Assembly: GCA_028867135.1 (NCBI GenBank)
Contig: JAGWGW010000006.1
Span: 1-60,577, forward strand
Length of the DNA: 60,577 bases
Reading direction: 5' to 3'
Source: Candidatus Micrarchaeota archaeon
GTDB taxonomy: Archaea; Micrarchaeota; Micrarchaeia; Micrarchaeales; CABMGC01
This document shows, one piece after another, positions 55,102-60,577 of the stretch (positions are counted from its first letter, which is position 1; each line of letters begins with the position of its first letter). The notes below the pieces were generated by a model. The model did no database searches. It had not been told where the DNA came from and worked only from the letters and a program-made list of their open reading frames with translations. The position numbers were made by a program, and so were the translations under genes.

Positions 55102-56796
55102 ATGCAGATAGTTGATGCATCTTTAGCTGGTAGAATGTGCGGGATAGTGGGGCTGTTCGATTTCAAGGACAAGGATGCCATGAGGAAGAGGGCGCTGAGC
55201 ATGGCTTCGAAGATAAGGTACAGGGGGCCGGACTGGAGTGGGATATACGCCGACGATAAGGCAATACTAGCACACGAAAGGCTATCGATAGTCGATGTTG
55301 AGCATGGAGCGCAGCCGTTGATAGACAGGAAGAACGGCAACGCGCTTGCTGTAAACGGCGAGATATACAACCACAAAGAGGTAGCTAAGAGTCTGAGGAA
55401 GAAGCACGACTGGCAGACGAACTCAGACTGCGAGGTAATACTGTACCTGTACGACGAGTACGGGAGCAGGTGCGTCGACATGCTCAGTGGGATATTCGCG
55501 TTTATACTATATGACAAGGAGAGGAAAAGCTACTTCATAGCAAGGGACCACATAGGCGTGATGCCACTTTACATCGGATGGGACAGGGAAGGGGTAACGC
55601 ACGTGGCAAGCGAAATGAAAGCGCTGGCCCCCTACTGCGAAAAGCTGATCGAGTTCCCAGCCGGCCAGTTCTACGACAGCAGATCAGGCAAATTCACCAA
55701 ATGGTACAGGAGAAAATGGATGGGGACGGTTCCAAAGCAGAAGGTGTCGCTGAAAATGCTGAGGCATGAGCTCGAGATGTCAGTCAAGAGGCAGCTGATG
55801 TCCGACGTGCCTTACGGCGTGCTGATATCCGGGGGACTTGACTCGTCGATAGTTGCTGCAATCGCGCAGAAATACAGCAGGAAGCGGATCGAATCGAACG
55901 ATAGGGTGGAGGCGTGGTGGCCAAGGCTGCATTCCTTCTCGGTCGGCCTGGAGGGCTCTCCAGACATGAAGTTCGCAAGGGTGGTGGCAAAGCATATCGG
56001 GACAGTGCACCATGAGATAATATTCACTGTCCAGGAAGGGCTTGACGCGCTGCGCGACGTCATATACCATCTCGAGACATTTGACGTTACAACAATAAGG
56101 GCATCCACGCCGATGTACCTCATGGCGAGGAAGATAAAATCGATGGGCATAAAGATGGTGCTGTCCGGGGAGGGATCCGATGAGGTATTTGGTGGGTATC
56201 TCTACTTTCACATGGCTCCCAATGCCAAGGAGTTCCACAAGGAGCTAGTCACAAAGCTCTCCCTTCTCAGCAAGTACGACTGCCTGAGGGCCAACAAGTC
56301 CACGTCGGCATGGGGCCTTGAGACAAGGGTGCCATTCCTCGACAAGGAATTCCTGGAATACGCAATGTCTATAGACCCGCAGCAGAAGATGTGCCCCGGC
56401 AAGACCATGGAGAAAGGAATACTCAGAAAGGCTTTCAAAGGGCTGATCCCTGACGAGATACTCTGGAGGCAGAAGGAGCAGTTCTCCGATGGGGTCGGAT
56501 ACGGCTGGATCGACAGCCTGAAGAGGCATGCGGAGGAGCACGTTACAGACAGCATGATGAAGAATGTCAAGAAAAGGTTCCCGACGCAGACCCCTACATC
56601 AAAGGAGCAGTACTTCTACAGGGAGATCTTCGACGAGCTTTTCAGGAACGGCCAGGCGCCGCTCACGGTTCCTGTAGGCCCATCTATAGCATGCTCCACT
56701 CCTGCAGCAATGGAATGGAGCAAGGAGTTCAAGAACATGGCAGACCCTTCAGGAAGGGCCGTAGTGGGCGTGCACAACGACTCCATAAAGAGATGA
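55102..56796 (+). CDS. asnB: asparagine synthetase (glutamine-hydrolysing)
   Basis: MCGIVG N-terminal nucleophile. SGGLDSS PP-loop. Confidence 0.85.
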   Translation: MQIVDASLAGRMCGIVGLFDFKDKDAMRKRALSMASKIRYRGPDWSGIYADDKAILAHERLSIVDVEHGAQPLIDRKNGNALAVNGEIYNHKEVAKSLRKKHDWQTNSDCEVILYLYDEYGSRCVDMLSGIFAFILYDKERKSYFIARDHIGVMPLYIGWDREGVTHVASEMKALAPYCEKLIEFPAGQFYDSRSGKFTKWYRRKWMGTVPKQKVSLKMLRHELEMSVKRQLMSDVPYGVLISGGLDSSIVAAIAQKYSRKRIESNDRVEAWWPRLHSFSVGLEGSPDMKFARVVAKHIGTVHHEIIFTVQEGLDALRDVIYHLETFDVTTIRASTPMYLMARKIKSMGIKMVLSGEGSDEVFGGYLYFHMAPNAKEFHKELVTKLSLLSKYDCLRANKSTSAWGLETRVPFLDKEFLEYAMSIDPQQKMCPGKTMEKGILRKAFKGLIPDEILWRQKEQFSDGVGYGWIDSLKRHAEEHVTDSMMKNVKKRFPTQTPTSKEQYFYREIFDELFRNGQAPLTVPVGPSIACSTPAAMEWSKEFKNMADPSGRAVVGVHNDSIKR

Positions 56797-56865
56797 CCTT
56801 CGTCAAAGAACGGCTGCTCCTGTCCCCCTATTTATAGGCAGGAATTCACTTATAATGCGGGAAGC

Positions 56866-57915
56866 ATGCTGAAGAGTACGCCCATGAACAGGTCGGGCAC
56901 ATCGCTGATTCTAGGCAGAAACCACACATACCTTTGCGACGTTTTCGGTTCGGGCAGTGCTGCAGTGAGAAACTTCACCGAGCTGTTCAGGGAGGAGAGC
57001 AGGGGCAGGCGCGTGAACCTGAACTACCTTCGCAGTAACCTTCACGTTGTCACGAAGCTGGCATCGGTAATGGCCTTGCACTCGTTTGACGGCAAGACAG
57101 CAGTGGCGATACCAGAAACAGCTTCATCAATCCTCTTCTTCAACAGGCAGGCTGCCTATACCACCTTAAAGGGTTCAAGGCAGGCCTCAACCAACGGTAA
57201 GATACGAGACCTCCTAAGCTATTTGAACAACAGCGCAAGCGGCTTTGTAGTGGCCGCAAAGGAGGATATGGCTTCGAAGGGGCTTTACGACCTTTCTGCG
57301 AAGTTCAACAACATGATAATGGAATTCGCCATATCGCCGACAAATAAGGATATTGGGAGCGAAATCGCAAGACTGCTTCGCAAGCACGGCGGCATGGATC
57401 AGCACAACATCGCATACGAGATTCTGAAGGAGCCTGTGAGATTCGGGGCGATAGCAGACAGGCTCATGAACGGCAAGGAAGACCCCCTTGCGCATCTCCT
57501 GAGCGCCGGAATGCTCTCCAGGGCTTACGGCATCGGCAACGCCAACGGTGCTGCCATGAGAATTGCATCGACTACCGCACTCTACGGATTCAGCGTCGAG
57601 CAGACGAAACTTCTGCTCAGCACCTATATCGATGTTCTAAGGCATTCCTCGCATGATTTGGCAGAGCGCGCAAGAAGGGCTGACTCATATCTTTCGCTCG
57701 CTCACAACGGCTTCTTCGTGGCCGCACTGAAGGCAACCGCAGCGCACGACACAGAACTCTCGCTCAGGCTCCACAGGCAGCTCGCCTCCTTCGGCAGCCA
57801 TGACGACTCGATCGAGATGGCTGCTATGATAACCGGAATGGCAAGGGCTGAAAGATACGAAGACATCTCGACTCTGCTTACGGCTAACGGCGCGCGAGCG
57901 CTGTTAAGGCACTGA
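56866..57915 (+). CDS. hypothetical protein
   Basis: 349-aa mostly helical ORF with no recognised motifs. Confidence 0.4.
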   Translation: MLKSTPMNRSGTSLILGRNHTYLCDVFGSGSAAVRNFTELFREESRGRRVNLNYLRSNLHVVTKLASVMALHSFDGKTAVAIPETASSILFFNRQAAYTTLKGSRQASTNGKIRDLLSYLNNSASGFVVAAKEDMASKGLYDLSAKFNNMIMEFAISPTNKDIGSEIARLLRKHGGMDQHNIAYEILKEPVRFGAIADRLMNGKEDPLAHLLSAGMLSRAYGIGNANGAAMRIASTTALYGFSVEQTKLLLSTYIDVLRHSSHDLAERARRADSYLSLAHNGFFVAALKATAAHDTELSLRLHRQLASFGSHDDSIEMAAMITGMARAERYEDISTLLTANGARALLRH

Positions 57916-58056
57916 TCAAAACGCACCTCTTCCACCAAAAACATGCTAGGCCGCACTAAAAAGCAAAATATATATAGGATACCCAATATATTAAAAATTA
58001 AAGGCCACAGAGCCAATTATGTGATCCTCATGATAGCGCAAAAAACAGAGCCAAAG

Positions 58057-58992
58057 ATGAAGGCCGTTGTTATTCACGAGTACGGCGACCCTAGCGTGCT
58101 GAAGCTGGAGCAGGCAAGGATCCCAGATATAGGCCCGAAGGACATACTGGTAAGGGTGCACGCGACCAGCGTCAACCCGATGGACTGGAAGGTAAGGGCC
58201 GGATATGCGAAGGACTGGATTAAGCTTGAGATGCCTGCGATACTGGGAATCGATGTTGCAGGCACGGTGGAGCAGGTAGGCGGCAAGGTCAGGAGATTCA
58301 AGGTAGGGGACCTGATATACGGGAAGGCGAGCTATTCAAAAGGGGGCAGCTACGCAGAGTATGTTGCTGTAAACGAGGAGAGCGCCGCACTGGCGCCGCA
58401 GACGATACCGCTTGACAGGGCCGCTGGCGTGCCGCTGACAGCGACAACAGCTTACCAAGCCCTTTTCGACGGGGCGAAGCTCAAGCCTGGGGAAACTGTC
58501 ATCATAACAGGAGCTGCAGGCGGCGTAGGCACATTCGCCGTGCAGTTCGCCAAGATAATAGGGGCCAGGGTCATAGCAGTCACGTCAGGAGCCAATGCTG
58601 AGATGGTCAGGTCATTGGGTGCCGACCAGGTAATCGATTATACTAGGGAGGATGTGGCAAAGAAGACAAAGAATGCCGATGTGGCTTTCGATACAGTAGG
58701 AAGGGAAAGTGCCAACAAGGCTATCCATGCACTCAAGAAAGGCGGAAGGCTCGTTGCGATCGCCGGAGAGCCTGACAAGGAGCTTGCGGGCAGTCACGAA
58801 ATCAACGTGATTTCGGTCAACGCATCCGGCGGCAGGATTAAGCTTGAGGAGATAGCCAATCTGATAGACACAGGAAAGCTTAGAGTGATAGTTGACCGGG
58901 AGCTTCCCTTGTCCGAGATGAAGGCTGCGCACGAACTGAGCCAGAGCGGAAAGGCGCGCGGCAAGATAATCATAAAAGTCGAGCCGGACTAA
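58057..58992 (+). CDS. zinc-type/quinone oxidoreductase (MDR family, Qor-like)
   Basis: MKAVVIHEYGDP…GAAGGVGTFAVQFAK… Rossmann motif. Start assigned at the internal ATG. Confidence 0.7.
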   Translation: MKAVVIHEYGDPSVLKLEQARIPDIGPKDILVRVHATSVNPMDWKVRAGYAKDWIKLEMPAILGIDVAGTVEQVGGKVRRFKVGDLIYGKASYSKGGSYAEYVAVNEESAALAPQTIPLDRAAGVPLTATTAYQALFDGAKLKPGETVIITGAAGGVGTFAVQFAKIIGARVIAVTSGANAEMVRSLGADQVIDYTREDVAKKTKNADVAFDTVGRESANKAIHALKKGGRLVAIAGEPDKELAGSHEINVISVNASGGRIKLEEIANLIDTGKLRVIVDRELPLSEMKAAHELSQSGKARGKIIIKVEPD

Positions 58993-59158
58993 AGATTTCA
59001 GCTGCTTTAAGTATCAGCATCCTTCCCGATTTTGGCTGGCAAAGCGAAGATCTAGGAGGAAGGCCGCATACAGCGTAAACCGTGAATTTGACGTGCGCTG
59101 CAGCATGACTCTTTTTATACCTTGCAACATACTTTCTAATTGAAACAAGGGGAAGCAT

Positions 59159-60163
59159 TTGATAACCATAACCTCTCTCAGGCATGCCAAATCCAAGAAC
59201 AGGATTGAGGAGCTGAAGAAATTTCCTGCACGCATAAGCAGGGGTGAGATGGTCTGGGTCGACGTGGAGGACCCGAAGGAGAGCGAGATCAAGGAGTTGA
59301 AGGAGAGGTTCTCGCTTGATTCGTATGCGATAGAAGACGTCATGCACGGGAATCAGCGCCCGAAGATGGAGGACTACAAGGAATACCTCTTCGCAGTCAT
59401 ACACATACCCACATTGAAGAACAGGAAATACGAGACCCTTGAGGTGTTCTTCTTCTTCCAGAAAAACTGGATAATAAGCATACACTCTGGGAGCACCGAG
59501 GTGACGCAGGCGGTCGAGAGCAGGATAAAGACAAGGGGCCTTGAGCCATTGGCATCGAACCCCACTCCGGACCTTCTGTTCTATACGTACCTCGACTTCG
59601 CCGTCGACGCCTACTATCCGATGCTGGATGAGGCGGAGGAGCAGATAGAAACGCTTGACAGCAAGGCCATGACGTCGTTCAAGCAGCGCTCGAAGAAGTT
59701 TGATCTGATGGTGGGGGCGATGTCGACCATAGGCGGCGTAAGGAAAAGGATCAGGAGCCTCAGGAAGTCGCTTGTGCCGACAAGGGACATGGTCGGCATG
59801 ATAATGAGGGGCGCAGTCCCATTCATACAGGACTCGAGCCTGAGAAGCTTTCGAGATGTCTATGACCATTCGTTCCAGCTGCTCGAGACGATAGACAACT
59901 ACAGGGACAGGACCAGCGACGTAAGGGAGCTCTACATAAACCTTCTCATGGCTTCAACCGACAACATTATCAAGCTGCTTACGATAGTCGCAACCATATT
60001 CCTTCCGCTTGCCCTGCTTGCAGGGATATACGGAACAAACTTCACACCTGGGTTCTTCGAGCCGGGAAGCTCGACACCGACTGGCTTCTACATCCTTATA
60101 GGGTCGATGCTGCTCATCGCCATAGCCCTTCTCTATTCGTTCAGAAGATCCGGCTGGATATAG
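59159..60163 (+). CDS. corA: CorA-family magnesium transporter (GTN variant of GMN)
   Basis: C-terminal TM pair with LTIVATIFLPLALLAGIYGTNF. TTG start. Confidence 0.6.
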   Translation: MITITSLRHAKSKNRIEELKKFPARISRGEMVWVDVEDPKESEIKELKERFSLDSYAIEDVMHGNQRPKMEDYKEYLFAVIHIPTLKNRKYETLEVFFFFQKNWIISIHSGSTEVTQAVESRIKTRGLEPLASNPTPDLLFYTYLDFAVDAYYPMLDEAEEQIETLDSKAMTSFKQRSKKFDLMVGAMSTIGGVRKRIRSLRKSLVPTRDMVGMIMRGAVPFIQDSSLRSFRDVYDHSFQLLETIDNYRDRTSDVRELYINLLMASTDNIIKLLTIVATIFLPLALLAGIYGTNFTPGFFEPGSSTPTGFYILIGSMLLIAIALLYSFRRSGWI

Positions 60164-60169
60164 CAAAGG

Positions 60170-60577
60170 TCATATCCCTACGTCGTTGACGTCCGTGTCT
60201 ATGCACTGTGTCACGTAGCTCTGCGTGACGAGATTCACGATCATGTCCACAAGGTACGGGGAGATGAGCACCAGTACCAATCCTATTATGGCCCCGTAAA
60301 GCATCATGGCACTGTACCCCTGGATGCTGCCTTTCATGTTGCCTGCATTTGGGGAAAGGTGCGAGATAGCGTATACGGCTCCGCCGCCGATGAAGAGAAC
60401 CAGGGTAAGCACGCCTATCGCGTCCTGGAATGCGAACAGGATGCCGCACAGCCTGTCCTCCACAGCGTCCTGCGCTATCGTCACGTCCTCAGGGTTCCCA
60501 ACTATTGCGAGAGAAAGCTTCAGCATCATGGACAGCGCAAAATAAGCGATGGCAATGGCCTTAATTGTTCGCCAGGG
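60170..60577 (-). CDS. small two-TM membrane protein (5' end probably beyond window)
   Basis: ORF remains open upstream to the window edge. Signal-like N-terminus and two TM helices. Confidence 0.35.
   Translation of the reverse strand, partial: PWRTIKAIAIAYFALSMMLKLSLAIVGNPEDVTIAQDAVEDRLCGILFAFQDAIGVLTLVLFIGGGAVYAISHLSPNAGNMKGSIQGYSAMMLYGAIIGLVLVLISPYLVDMIVNLVTQSYVTQCIDTDVNDVGI

Noticed and set aside
58970-59869. 299-aa minus-strand ORF overlapping qor end and corA
   Set aside because: Antisense to the corA gene, which shows the diagnostic C-terminal TM/GxN motif. Arg/His/Leu-rich.
1-60577. CRISPR array
   Set aside because: No regularly spaced direct repeats of 25-40 nt were seen anywhere in the window.

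Overview
This 60.6-kb window reads as archaeal chromosomal DNA. The markers are RNase P protein Rpp29, aIF-2 beta, eIF-1A, ribosomal proteins S4e, L32e, L19e and S8e, CDP-archaeol synthase, MBF1, FEN-1, KEOPS Cgi121 and RIO1. GC content is about 50-55%, with two AT-rich islands. The backbone is housekeeping genes. These include a partial ribosomal protein cluster (rnp1-S17-L14-L24-S4e-L5-S14-S8-L6-L32e-L19e-L18-S5), AlaRS, AsnRS, asnC-asnB, ribC-ribH, thiE, pyrH, an OTC-like carbamoyltransferase, HMG-CoA synthase, Hef-like helicase, short XPF, tRNA-Phe, SRP (7S) RNA and tRNA-Ser. The accessory and unusual content falls into three groups. (1) Three paralogous genes encode proteins with an archaeal class III (prepilin-like) signal peptide, a variable LamG/ConA-like core and a conserved C-terminal tail. 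Two of them carry a roughly 175-bp perfectly identical 5' segment as an inverted repeat flanking a 5-kb block, and the ribosomal cluster is cut off exactly at that point. (2) Downstream of tRNA-Phe there is a decayed integrase and four att-like repeats derived from the tRNA 3' end, bracketing vapBC and ribCH. (3) Two AT-rich islands hold IS6-like transposase remnants (one at the window start, one a 50-nt relic in inverted orientation) plus membrane-protein genes and a duplicated small-gene leader. No CRISPR array was seen. Coordinates come from the supplied ORF track plus manual inspection of starts. All homology calls are from motif recognition by eye, not from database searches.
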